A stretch of 24,759 nt of DNA from a virus (IMGVR_UViG_3300031519_000205:1-24759); one strand, 5' to 3'. Shown: positions 8,857-17,645, numbered from the stretch's first letter. Numbers and translations are program-made. The notes: generated by a model not told the origin, from the letters alone.

Positions 8857-9947
8857 GAGGTTGAAGCCCTGCGTGATAAATCGACTCTTCTCATGTATCG
8901 AAGGTTCAAAACATGGCAACACACCTGGTCATCTGGGTCAAGTCGAGCGTCTAATCGAGCGTCATGACCGATCAAAGAATCAGTGCTACCTTTGAGTCCA
9001 GTCTTGGAGTAAAGCTCGTCAAGACACTCTCCCAGAATAGCCATTCCTTCACGGTAACAATTTCTATAATCCGTTCCTTTAGTGACGATATACACTTCGA
9101 CTTGGAAGAAGTATTCTGCTGATGAACCGGCTAAGGAATACATATCTGGGCTGTCAATTCTACGGATAAGAACGTGAACGGCTGGTGTGTATAATACGGC
9201 CATGTTCGAGGATATGTCGTAGCCATACATGATAGCGGCTGGATCAACTACATTCTTGAGATAATAAGTGCTGGCCGTTTTGAGAACATCAATGATACCG
9301 AATGCTGTTTGAATCAAGGTTACGTTGGTATAGTTGCTTGTCACCATCTCATCTGGAGTGAATGCGCCCATAGTGGTTACATAGACAGCATAGAAAGTCA
9401 CCTCGCCGTTATTGTTTCCAAAGTCGAGGTTGCTCGATGCACCCGTTCCTCCGGTCAAAGACTTACTCAATATGTCGCCCACATCGTTTTGCTCAATGTC
9501 GAAGAGATATGCTTTTGCTGCACCTGTTGTTTTGTTTAGAGTCAATCGAACCACAGTAGGTATCGCCCCAATGTCGGTCATTCCTAAGTCAAGACCAGAG
9601 AATGTTTCAGTGGTTGCACCGACCACTTTTAGTCCACTTGTAGTGCCATCGGATTGAAGTTGTAGTTGAAAAGTGCCGTTGTCGATTTCTGCGATAACTG
9701 TTCCATCGGCAGGAATATAGATGGATTGAGTGTAAGAAAAAGCAATCCATAGAGTGCAGTCGGTAGTTAATGGGTCGGCTAATGTGTAGTAGCCATTTGT
9801 AGCAACATCACCACCAATTTTCCAATTCTTGCCAGAAGCCTCACCTGCTGAACCGAGGAAAGCTAAGTTCTGCGTTCCTGTTGGTATGGTGGGATCGTTA
9901 CCATCCATTCTTGAAGTCCAATAATCTGTTGTTTTTGATACTGCCAT
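8853..9947 (-). CDS. Tail terminator/completion protein with N-terminal beta-sandwich (ConA/LamG-like) domain, 364 aa
   Basis: The C-terminal ~150 aa has a terminator-like pattern (YTPAVHVLI...FQVEVYIVTKG...VLNLRY) and the gene directly precedes the tail tube. The N-terminal part is Gly/Thr-rich and beta-like. Confidence 0.62.
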   Translation of the reverse strand: MAVSKTTDYWTSRMDGNDPTIPTGTQNLAFLGSAGEASGKNWKIGGDVATNGYYTLADPLTTDCTLWIAFSYTQSIYIPADGTVIAEIDNGTFQLQLQSDGTTSGLKVVGATTETFSGLDLGMTDIGAIPTVVRLTLNKTTGAAKAYLFDIEQNDVGDILSKSLTGGTGASSNLDFGNNNGEVTFYAVYVTTMGAFTPDEMVTSNYTNVTLIQTAFGIIDVLKTASTYYLKNVVDPAAIMYGYDISSNMAVLYTPAVHVLIRRIDSPDMYSLAGSSAEYFFQVEVYIVTKGTDYRNCYREGMAILGECLDELYSKTGLKGSTDSLIGHDARLDARLDPDDQVCCHVLNLRYMRRVDLSRRASTS

Positions 9948-9951
9948 AATT

Positions 9952-10653
9952 TCACCCCATCATCCTTCTTACCAGCTTTTCAGCCTCTTTCTCGAAGTTG
10001 TCTTCCATGTATTTTTGAGCTGGTTCTAAGAAGTCCACCTTTTTGAAACCAGGGTGTTGCTTGTCTCGCATATCACCATACTTAGGCCAATATGATACGT
10101 CGCCCTTTGTTGCTGTTCCTCTTTTTGGTTTTCTGGTGTAGCCTTTCGACTTGCCGGTTTTAGCATACCAATAAACGGAGTTGTTGATGATACCTGGGAG
10201 GTTTTTAGCGTAGTTGAAAGCACCAACACCGCCAGCGTGAATAAGAGCGAGCTTTGCACCGCCTCGACTACCTGTTGCTTGAGAGAGATAACCAGAAGGA
10301 TAAGGTGCAGAGAATAAACGCACGAATAAAGCGTCATCGGATATTTTTAGACTATTAGCAATTTGAACATATACGTTTTTGTCTCCTTTTGGAGTCATAA
10401 CATTTTGAACACTTCGAGCAGTTGGGCCTCTTGTTCCTCTATCGTGGATTTTCTGATCCAACAAGAACTCTTGAGACTGAACTCTTGCTTTCTGCATCAT
10501 CTCATTGATTAACTTGCGAAGTTCGTCTTGACCTTCAGCCCCTAATGCCTTGAGCTTGCTCATGAGTTGCCTATCATCCATATGAACTCGAAAGTTCACA
10601 TTTCCTCTGCGTTCTCCACCTGCACCGTGTTGTCTGCCAGCCTTATACACCAT
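9952..10653 (-). CDS. HK97 gp10-like neck/tail completion protein, 233 aa
   Basis: Basic protein with C-terminal HPGFKKVDFLEPAQKYM, between adaptor and terminator. Confidence 0.62.
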   Translation of the reverse strand: MVYKAGRQHGAGGERRGNVNFRVHMDDRQLMSKLKALGAEGQDELRKLINEMMQKARVQSQEFLLDQKIHDRGTRGPTARSVQNVMTPKGDKNVYVQIANSLKISDDALFVRLFSAPYPSGYLSQATGSRGGAKLALIHAGGVGAFNYAKNLPGIINNSVYWYAKTGKSKGYTRKPKRGTATKGDVSYWPKYGDMRDKQHPGFKKVDFLEPAQKYMEDNFEKEAEKLVRRMMG

Positions 10654-11180
10654 CAAGCAACACTCCCCAATTTAGCATAACGGAACAGTAGCTCATTTGC
10701 ACGTTCGATTAGCATTGGGGAACGGAGAGGTTCGACACTTGCTAATGCTGCATCGTCTTGTAGGTAAAGACCTGCGGCATAATCAGCGCATATTTGCCTT
10801 AGTGCTTCTGCCATCTCTCCTTCTTCGACAGTAGCTCCAGAGGCATGATCGGCTGAAATACCAGTTATTCCAGAGAGAACATTGGCTGCGTTTGCAGTCC
10901 AGGCGAAGGTATCTCCGTCAATGTTGCCACTACCTGCGGCTGAAAAGGTCGATGAGTCGGTGAGAGTAATGCTTGTAGCACCTGCGACTACAACACCATC
11001 AAGAGTGGTTGTTGCTATTTCACGGCTTGGAGTTGCTCTGCCGTAGTCACGAAAAATTGAATCAATGACTACTGTTGCCCTGCGAATAGCTGATGTGAGC
11101 CTTGTTTGCGCTCGCACCTTTTGAGCCGAGTCAAAGCTCAGCCTCAAAGCCACTTCGTCTGGTGTGCAGTAGTAAGTCAT
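10653..11180 (-). CDS. Head-tail adaptor (Mu gp36/SPP1 gp15-like) with inserted beta domain, 175 aa
   Basis: N-terminal YCTPDEV...AIRRATVVIDSIF and C-terminal ALRQICADYAAGLY helices flank a TTTLDG...ADHASGATV insert. Confidence 0.7.
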   Translation of the reverse strand: MTYYCTPDEVALRLSFDSAQKVRAQTRLTSAIRRATVVIDSIFRDYGRATPSREIATTTLDGVVVAGATSITLTDSSTFSAAGSGNIDGDTFAWTANAANVLSGITGISADHASGATVEEGEMAEALRQICADYAAGLYLQDDAALASVEPLRSPMLIERANELLFRYAKLGSVA

Positions 11181-11185
11181 GTGAA

Positions 11186-11395
11186 TCACTCTTTGGTTTC
11201 TTCAATGACTTCTTCAAGAACTTCTTTCACTTCTTCGGCTTTTTCTGCTACTTCTTCAACAGCATCTAAAACCTCGCCAAGTGTTAATCCGTTTGCTTTC
11301 ATAATGAGCCACTTTTTGTAGCCACCATAAGCAATTCCAGCGATAGCGACCAAAGCAGCCACCCAAAGTTCAATGTTTTCGATTGTTAGGTTCAT
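11186..11395 (-). CDS. Small single-TM membrane protein with acidic coiled tail (holin-like?), 69 aa
   Basis: TM segment LWVAALVAIAGIAYGGY followed by KK; SD GGAGG; ATGA overlap with the upstream gene. Confidence 0.7.
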   Translation of the reverse strand: MNLTIENIELWVAALVAIAGIAYGGYKKWLIMKANGLTLGEVLDAVEEVAEKAEEVKEVLEEVIEETKE

Positions 11396-11574
11396 CTTTT
11401 ACCCTCCGTTATGTATGACACTTCGGCCACGACACTAAAAGGTATCACCTTAAATGGCCGTTCTTCGCCCTTTTGATACAATTTATAGCCATGCGGAGTC
11501 TCTTCGATCTCAATATGGTTCAAGCAACGCTCTGGTGGGCGATAGACAATTTTTCCTATTTGTTTTTTAGTCAT
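11392..11574 (-). CDS. Hypothetical protein, 60 aa
   Basis: SD AAGGTGA; tightly packed with its neighbours. Confidence 0.75.
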   Translation of the reverse strand: MTKKQIGKIVYRPPERCLNHIEIEETPHGYKLYQKGEERPFKVIPFSVVAEVSYITEGKR

Positions 11575-11585
11575 TTAAGTCACCT

Positions 11586-13871
11586 TCAAGGTATTGGCCC
11601 ACCCAATAGAGCAAGTTGTGTTGCTATTCTTTCGATGGCATCGTCAATACTGGAAGGGGGAGGGCCAGCCCAATTACCAGGGTTGATAGCATTAAATGGA
11701 TCAAGACCGGCTGACCCAGCAGGGACATAGGCGGCATCAGTAAGGTTGGTCGCTGATACTATGTCGCCGTTGGCATCCGATACCAGAACTGCACTTGTTG
11801 ATGCTGTTTGGCGAATAGTTCCTTTCACGTCTAATTCGGTTACTGGTTCGTCACTTGTCACTTGGAAGTCACCGATACCCACTCTACAATCATTGACACC
11901 GCCTTGAATGAAAATACGGGTTGGTTGTCCCGAACCTGCGTCATCAGTCTTGATTTGGAGGTCATCATTGTATGCGTATAATGCTCCGCCACCATCGAAT
12001 TGAATTGGTCTGTTAAAGTAAAAGTATGGTCTATCGGTATAAAAGTGAGCATAACCTGTGTTTTGAACTCCAAGACGGAGATAACCAGAGGCATTTGAAA
12101 GGTTTAGAAGAGGACTATTCGAGCCTGTGTGGTCCGCACCTATTTTCATTTGACCGGCAGGGGTTGATGAAGCAGCGTAGGTTGTTGAGCTTAATCGCAA
12201 AGCTGTTCCTGCTCCTGTTCCGTCATTTACGCCATCGGAGAGCATAAGCTCATCGTTATTTTCAACCATCATCGTTAAAGAAGCAGTTGATTTCGAGAGG
12301 TTAATTGTTGGGTTATCCGTTGTTCCTGTGGTAAGTGTGATATTATTTGGCGAAGTAAATGTGAATAGTGCCGAGCCTTCAATCTCATTAGCGGTTGTAG
12401 CTCCGACAGCAATTTGATTATCGGTTATTGATCCTCCGATAGTTCCTCCACCAGCAGAACCATTTGCTGCTGAAGTTAAACGACCTTGAGCATCAACGGT
12501 GATATTCGAGTTGGTGTAAGCACCTGCGGTAACGGCTGTATTGTCTAAGTTTAATGTTACAGTATCAGTTGCGCTTGCTACGCTTGATAAGCCAGTTCCA
12601 CCAACAAGTGTCAAGGTGTTGCCATCTGTGATCGTCTGGGATGAGCCAGAGTCGCCAGCAACAGTGAATGAAGTCATACCTCCACCTCCACCACCAGAAG
12701 CAGCCCAAGCTGGTGTTCCAGCGACCATTGTTAAGACGTAGCCGTTTGTTCCAGGAACAATAACTGATAATGCAGACATAGCTCCAGCAGCATTCCCCAT
12801 CAGTAGGCTGTTAGGGTCTATTGAATCTCGACCCGTTCCTCCATTGGCAACAGAGGTAACTGGGTTGCTTCGAGGTGATGTGAATGTATGTGAGTTCATA
12901 GACTCAAAAGACCAAACACCGGCTATGGTGGGTTGGCTCTGGGAGTTGATAATTGCTGGGTGTCCGTTATCAGTAGTAACTCGAAGTCTTGCTCCAGCTT
13001 TCACATCAATAGAATAACAGTCCAATTCAAGACCGTTCCCCATCGTAGTGAGTTCTCCGTTGGTTGCTGCAAACACTACTACTCCATAGTGGTCGGCAGT
13101 AAATCCAGCACTTGATCCGTAAGTTGTAGAGCCTGTCACTGGTAGCTCTATTCCTCTAAAGTATGCAGTAGCTAATATGAAGTTAAGAACTGGAGCTGCA
13201 TAAGAGAATGTCGTATTGTCGAACTTGATTGATACTTTGGTGTCTTCAGCAGCATTTGCTGGGGCTTCTCTGCTAAATCCTCCCGTTGAAACCGCTACAT
13301 AAGTTCCTTTGATGTGAATAGCGTCATTATCCGAATTATCATAAACAGTGCTTGTAGGAACGTTGTAGGCAAGAGTGAGTCGGTTGGTATCACTTAGGAT
13401 ATTGTTATACGGCCCATTGTCGAGACAGACACCTGCAAGCCCTGGAGACATTTGATACGTCAAGTTCGAGCCAACAAGGTGTTCAGCGAATTGTCCGTTG
13501 AGAATGAATCTCTTTTTGCCTGTGGAGTCATCGAGGGATGCAGTAGGTGTTCCGGTGAAGTTCATTGTAAATGTGCTTGTTATTGGCCCATTAAGAATTA
13601 GTCCTTGTAGTTCGACATCTATGTTCACTGTCAATTGAGCAGTATATGGGTCGGTAAGTGACTGTTGAATAGAACCGATAGTAGCCATTGGAACAATACT
13701 TGATTCCCAAGTGCAAGGAACATTTCCATATCCACCAAAGAAAAAATTGTCTGCGGCTGAAGGTAGTGAAGGCCATGATGCACCTTGATTTGGGCCACCA
13801 CTTGTTAAGCTCCAATTGTCCGGCTTTGAGGCCAGAGAATCAATAAAACCTATCCAATAGTAGTCTGTCAT
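11586..13871 (-). CDS. Fibre/whisker-like virion protein, ~761 aa
   Basis: Gly/Thr/Ser-rich, with phage fibre repeats (SVANGGTG; FTVAGDSGSSQTITDGNTLT; AGAYTNSNITVDAQGRLTSA; RVGIG...TELDVKG) and poly-Gly hinges. Confidence 0.78.
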   Translation of the reverse strand: MTDYYWIGFIDSLASKPDNWSLTSGGPNQGASWPSLPSAADNFFFGGYGNVPCTWESSIVPMATIGSIQQSLTDPYTAQLTVNIDVELQGLILNGPITSTFTMNFTGTPTASLDDSTGKKRFILNGQFAEHLVGSNLTYQMSPGLAGVCLDNGPYNNILSDTNRLTLAYNVPTSTVYDNSDNDAIHIKGTYVAVSTGGFSREAPANAAEDTKVSIKFDNTTFSYAAPVLNFILATAYFRGIELPVTGSTTYGSSAGFTADHYGVVVFAATNGELTTMGNGLELDCYSIDVKAGARLRVTTDNGHPAIINSQSQPTIAGVWSFESMNSHTFTSPRSNPVTSVANGGTGRDSIDPNSLLMGNAAGAMSALSVIVPGTNGYVLTMVAGTPAWAASGGGGGGMTSFTVAGDSGSSQTITDGNTLTLVGGTGLSSVASATDTVTLNLDNTAVTAGAYTNSNITVDAQGRLTSAANGSAGGGTIGGSITDNQIAVGATTANEIEGSALFTFTSPNNITLTTGTTDNPTINLSKSTASLTMMVENNDELMLSDGVNDGTGAGTALRLSSTTYAASSTPAGQMKIGADHTGSNSPLLNLSNASGYLRLGVQNTGYAHFYTDRPYFYFNRPIQFDGGGALYAYNDDLQIKTDDAGSGQPTRIFIQGGVNDCRVGIGDFQVTSDEPVTELDVKGTIRQTASTSAVLVSDANGDIVSATNLTDAAYVPAGSAGLDPFNAINPGNWAGPPPSSIDDAIERIATQLALLGGPIP

Positions 13872-13873
13872 TA

Positions 13874-14260
13874 TCACTCAACCCTTGTTGCTGTTGAGTC
13901 CACATCGAATGCAGCAGCGTTGGGTTCAGCGATAAGCGTTCTAAATCGGTCAGCCCGTATTTGGAATGCTTCAATTTGCCTTCTAAACCGATCATCTGTT
14001 CCTTCTCTGGCATCTGGCATAGTGTGGTGAGGTAGTGTGTTCACAAGAACAGCGAGACAATCAACACATACAGCCGCTTTGATGTATTCGTCTTTATCGG
14101 CATCATTTACACTATTAACAGCAGCAATACCGTATTGTTGAGTTCGAGCGATCTTATTTGCTTCAAGAGTTCGCATAGAGAGATATTCGGTGATTGTGCC
14201 ATCAACCAAATTAGGAGGTCGATTGAGTAAGTCTCTAATCTGGGCCGAGGTTACAGTCAT
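13874..14260 (-). CDS. Putative head-tail connector/adaptor-like protein, 128 aa
   Basis: Helical protein starting MTVTSAQIRDLL; size and position after the capsid genes fit; SD GGAGG. Confidence 0.5.
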   Translation of the reverse strand: MTVTSAQIRDLLNRPPNLVDGTITEYLSMRTLEANKIARTQQYGIAAVNSVNDADKDEYIKAAVCVDCLAVLVNTLPHHTMPDAREGTDDRFRRQIEAFQIRADRFRTLIAEPNAAAFDVDSTATRVE

Positions 14261-14577
14261 TATTCTTCCTCCGTTGGATCAAGAATAGGTATGCCATCCC
14301 AGGGCATGAGGGTTCGAGCTATCATCATTACCTTTCGGGATTTAATAATTTTTTCAGCCATCGAAGAGTTAGGAACGTAAGTGAGAACATTTTGCTCAAG
14401 CCTCATACAAGGGTGTAGTGGGTCTGGATGAACTTTGAATCTGCGAAAGACATATCCTTTTCCAGGTAGCCACGATAACCTCTCGGTGAGGTTTTTAATT
14501 GTAGGTTCGTCTGGGACAGGAATGCCTTTATCGTGCAATTCCTTTACCAATGCTGATTTACTCGCTTGCCTCTTCAT
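14260..14577 (-). CDS. Hypothetical protein with HeH/LEM-like N-terminus, ~105 aa (start uncertain)
   Basis: SKSALVKELHDKGIPVPDEPTIKNLTERL pattern; GGAG upstream of ATG 14577. Confidence 0.6.
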   Translation of the reverse strand: MKRQASKSALVKELHDKGIPVPDEPTIKNLTERLSWLPGKGYVFRRFKVHPDPLHPCMRLEQNVLTYVPNSSMAEKIIKSRKVMMIARTLMPWDGIPILDPTEEE

Positions 14578-14806
14578 TATTGCCATCTCCACTATCACTT
14601 AACTTGGCTATCAATTCAGCTTTCTTGCCCTTTGCGCTAAGACCTTTTTCTTTGCACAGAGCTTTTAGCTCATTGAATGTAAGTGTGTCGAGATCAATGA
14701 TTTCATCAATGACTTCAACGGATTCGACAACAACTTCTGGAGTTGCTTCTTCAAGAACACGGACCAATCGGCCTCGTCTGTCTTTAGTAAATCCCTTGCG
14801 AACCAT
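14558..14806 (-). CDS. SAP-domain protein, 82 aa
   Basis: LDTLTFNELKALCKEKGLSAKGKKAELIAKL matches the SAP consensus; SD AGGTGA. Confidence 0.82.
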   Translation of the reverse strand: MVRKGFTKDRRGRLVRVLEEATPEVVVESVEVIDEIIDLDTLTFNELKALCKEKGLSAKGKKAELIAKLSDSGDGNNEEASE

Positions 14807-14827
14807 CGGTTAGTCACCTAACCAATA

Positions 14828-15757
14828 TCAAATAACGCCAGTGATCTTAGCGATTCTGTTTGAGAGTCCGTTTGCTGATCCATCTTGTTGCTGATGAACC
14901 ACAGTTCCCATGTAAGAAGTAAGAAGGTAGGAATATCCGAGTCCTTCCATTCGAGTGATTTCAGTTTCCATGTGTCCTGCTCCGTTGTATTGGAAGAACT
15001 CTGCGGTTTCTGCGCCTGGTATCATAAGGATAGCATCGTTGTTACCCATAGCGGCTGTGTCACGTGTGTAAAGAACCGACAATCGAGCGATACGGCCCAA
15101 GTGGGTTTCAAGAGATTCGATGACGTTTCCGTAAAGAGAAGTGTTAAGCAAAGTGCTTCGGCAAGTTGCTGGCAAGACCATAGCCAATGGTTCATCACCA
15201 GAGGTTCGAGCGTTCTGGAAGATTAAGTCCATAGCAAGAAGAGTGTCTCGTTCTGCATCGTTGGTAGCTCCAGTCCAGACACCTGCTGTAACAGCTTGTG
15301 TTTGACCTGCGCCAGCATATACCTTAGAAAGAATATCGTTGTCAATGGTTGTAGCGCGAGCTTGAACAATAGCGAGTTGCTGTCGGTCAAGAGTCTCGAA
15401 GCGTTCTCCACGAAGACGGACTGAATCAAGGAATACTGTTCGACCTTGACCCTTTTCGAGTGCAACGGTGTAGTTCGCTGTTCCGATGTTGGTTGGATCA
15501 ACTACTGCGTTGTCATCAATAGGGAAAGTAAAGCTACCTTGTGCGCCAGAATACCATTTGTAGGTCATCCAGGGAACGGTGCGTAGCCCGACGATTTTTG
15601 TTCCGACTGCAATTGTAGTTGATTGAAGTTGGATAAAGTCACGAAGAGTTTGTTGAAGAACAGAGTCTTGCTTGGTGAAAGGTCCGTCTGCTGGTGCGAC
15701 TGCTGCATCAGCTTGTAGGTTTTGTCCGAGTATTTGGTTTAGGTTCATTGTTGCCAT
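14828..15757 (-). CDS. Major capsid protein (HK97 fold), ~309 aa
   Basis: Follows protease/scaffold and cement genes. HK97-like segments include YTVALEKGQGRTVFLDSVRL and ARATTIDNDILS. Start placed after SD GGAGATGA (alternatives 15748, 15766, 15772). Confidence 0.88.
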   Translation of the reverse strand: MATMNLNQILGQNLQADAAVAPADGPFTKQDSVLQQTLRDFIQLQSTTIAVGTKIVGLRTVPWMTYKWYSGAQGSFTFPIDDNAVVDPTNIGTANYTVALEKGQGRTVFLDSVRLRGERFETLDRQQLAIVQARATTIDNDILSKVYAGAGQTQAVTAGVWTGATNDAERDTLLAMDLIFQNARTSGDEPLAMVLPATCRSTLLNTSLYGNVIESLETHLGRIARLSVLYTRDTAAMGNNDAILMIPGAETAEFFQYNGAGHMETEITRMEGLGYSYLLTSYMGTVVHQQQDGSANGLSNRIAKITGVI

Positions 15758-15774
15758 CTTATTCATCTCCATTA

Positions 15775-16182
15775 TCAGTTTGTTTGCTTCGTATTGACCG
15801 CGTAAAGGATTCCAGCAGCCGTTGTGGTTGCTTCTCCTAAGTAGTGTCCGAGAACTTTTTCGGAACTTGATTGAGTTTTGCTTGCGACTCCTGCGGAGAC
15901 GTAAAGAAGTTGTCCTGCAACCCATGATTCTGCTGCTGCTCCGAGAACATACATCATGCCACCGACAGGGCAAGCGGTGATTGTTGCTCCAGAAGCGAGT
16001 AAGTCATTGTCTGCATCTCTGGATGATTCATCGAGAGCGACAAAGAAACAACCGTCATCAACGGCTGTCAAATCGACTGTTCCAGCTCCAGAGGTTGCAT
16101 CGTAGTTGAGCAAAGCACCCGCTTTAGGATATACTGCGTCTTTTACAATCATGCTGCGATAGTTGCTTGGGAAGTCAGCCAT
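15775..16182 (-). CDS. Capsid cement/decoration protein (DUF2190-like), 135 aa
   Basis: Small Ala/Gly-rich beta protein (AGQLLYVSAG...VLGHYLGEA) between scaffold and capsid genes; SD GGAGATGA. Confidence 0.7.
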   Translation of the reverse strand: MADFPSNYRSMIVKDAVYPKAGALLNYDATSGAGTVDLTAVDDGCFFVALDESSRDADNDLLASGATITACPVGGMMYVLGAAAESWVAGQLLYVSAGVASKTQSSSEKVLGHYLGEATTTAAGILYAVNTKQTN

Positions 16183-16655
16183 TAAATCATCTCCTTAATT
16201 TCATCAAACATTGGCGCACGAAGACCGTCTCCGTTCTCAATGGTTGAAAGGTTGCCGTTCCATGCGGAGGCCCATGCGTTCCAGGCTTTACCGTAGGTCG
16301 TTTTGTCGGATTCGACAAGGACTCCATTAAGGTAATTAGCTACAACTTCAGCACGTGGGGCTTCTGTTGCTTCGATTACCTTTTCTGGTGCTGCTGGTGT
16401 AGCAGGGGAGAGTTCTTTTGGTGCAGGTTGAGATGATTCCCAGCTTGCGATAACACGGTCCAGCATTTCTGCTGTAAAGTCTTCAACGCCAGAAAGCCCC
16501 ATGTCGGATGCTTTAGTGACTAAGCTCAAACGAGCTTCTTCTTTGGATTCTGCTTCTGCGACTTCAAAGGCATTGATCCTTGCTTGAGCAAGAACAAGAG
16601 CTTCCTTCAAAGCGAGGGTATCTTCGCTTGCTTGGATTGGTATATCTTCGGACAT
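16182..16655 (-). CDS. Nested in-frame scaffolding protein (MSEDIPIQA...), 157 aa
   Basis: In-frame ATG with AAGGAG 9 nt upstream and a TTGATATA motif at 16705-16712. Confidence 0.65.
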   Translation of the reverse strand: MSEDIPIQASEDTLALKEALVLAQARINAFEVAEAESKEEARLSLVTKASDMGLSGVEDFTAEMLDRVIASWESSQPAPKELSPATPAAPEKVIEATEAPRAEVVANYLNGVLVESDKTTYGKAWNAWASAWNGNLSTIENGDGLRAPMFDEIKEMI

Positions 16656-17645
16656 ATTATTCGACTCCTTAGTTGTTGGTTGATTCATTCCATTATCGCT
16701 ACGGTATATCAATGGTGAGGTTGCTTCAGTTGCGCTGGCCTCTTGCTGAATACTTTCGCTGATCCGTTCAACGGATTCTATTTTAGCCTCTGGGTAAGCG
16801 GGTTTGTGAACAATTGCGAGGTGATCGAACTGAAAGTCGTCTTCAAAAGTCATCATCATGCGGCCAGCACTATTTTCCTCCGTAGCAATAGGAATACCTG
16901 TGCCACCGATAGAAACACCGTAGCCTTCTCTTAGCCAAAGACCGGATTCAAGAGCTGAAAATAGTTCTTCTCTATACACTTCACCAGAGAATCGAACTTT
17001 GTAACCATCCTCTTCTTCTTCATACATAGCTTCAGTGACGATACCAACTACGGCTTCATCTATTCCGCCTTCCATGTTTCGAGTAAAACGCCCACCCTTA
17101 GTATGTGGGTGATTGAGAGTGATGTCAGCTCCGAGCATTTTTTCAGCCATTAACTTCGCACCCTTAGAGGTGATTTGCCAGCCGTTCTTATTGTAGCCAG
17201 ACGTAAATGCAATACCGGACATTCGGATAGCACTTGTTCCAGTGCTGGCCGATACTACCGCTTCAAAGGATTCGATAGTGAGTTCACAGGTCACGGCTAC
17301 ACATTCGCCAGCGATCTCTGCAAACCCTGGAGGGCATGAGTCATCACAGGATGCTTCTTGAGATTCAAATTGAGGTCGAAACCCTTCTTTTTCCTCTTCT
17401 TCATCCTCTTCTTTGTCGATGTCTTGGTAAGACTCGCCATCGTCTTCATCGGCGTATTCCTCTTTTTCATGAATCATAGAACTATACTCATCCATGCTTG
17501 AACATGGCATAAAGAGTGTTTTTCCTTCATGAGTGTGAGTGTGAACGGTTGCACAGCCAAGCTCCCTTGCTCTTTTCATAGCGGCGGCTGGTTCTGTAAA
17601 TACGTCTTCTTCGGCGGCTTGGACTGAATCACTACAACTGCACAT
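16182..17645 (-). CDS. Prohead maturation protease fused to scaffold, with N-terminal Cys/His module, 487 aa
   Basis: Caudoviral protease motifs ITLNHP, GVSIGG and DHLAIVHKPAYPEA; C-terminal coiled scaffold. Start reassigned to ATG 17645, just after the upstream stop and 30 nt from a promoter motif. Confidence 0.85.
   Translation of the reverse strand: MCSCSDSVQAAEEDVFTEPAAAMKRARELGCATVHTHTHEGKTLFMPCSSMDEYSSMIHEKEEYADEDDGESYQDIDKEEDEEEEKEGFRPQFESQEASCDDSCPPGFAEIAGECVAVTCELTIESFEAVVSASTGTSAIRMSGIAFTSGYNKNGWQITSKGAKLMAEKMLGADITLNHPHTKGGRFTRNMEGGIDEAVVGIVTEAMYEEEEDGYKVRFSGEVYREELFSALESGLWLREGYGVSIGGTGIPIATEENSAGRMMMTFEDDFQFDHLAIVHKPAYPEAKIESVERISESIQQEASATEATSPLIYRSDNGMNQPTTKESNNMSEDIPIQASEDTLALKEALVLAQARINAFEVAEAESKEEARLSLVTKASDMGLSGVEDFTAEMLDRVIASWESSQPAPKELSPATPAAPEKVIEATEAPRAEVVANYLNGVLVESDKTTYGKAWNAWASAWNGNLSTIENGDGLRAPMFDEIKEMI
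16700..16716 (-). promoter_or_regulatory. Putative internal late promoter for scaffold-cement-capsid transcript
   Basis: ACCATTGATATACCGTA, the same core as the tail tube promoter. Confidence 0.55.

Noticed and set aside
11575-11595. ACCTTGAAG match resembling the promoter motif
   Set aside because: Explained by Pro codon + TGA stop + AAGGTGA SD; it lacks the ATC flank and the 30-nt spacing.
15758-15973. N-terminal extension of the capsid ORF (381 aa in the track)
   Set aside because: It overlaps the cement gene in another frame, has atypical composition, and a good SD precedes the ATG cluster at 15748-15757.
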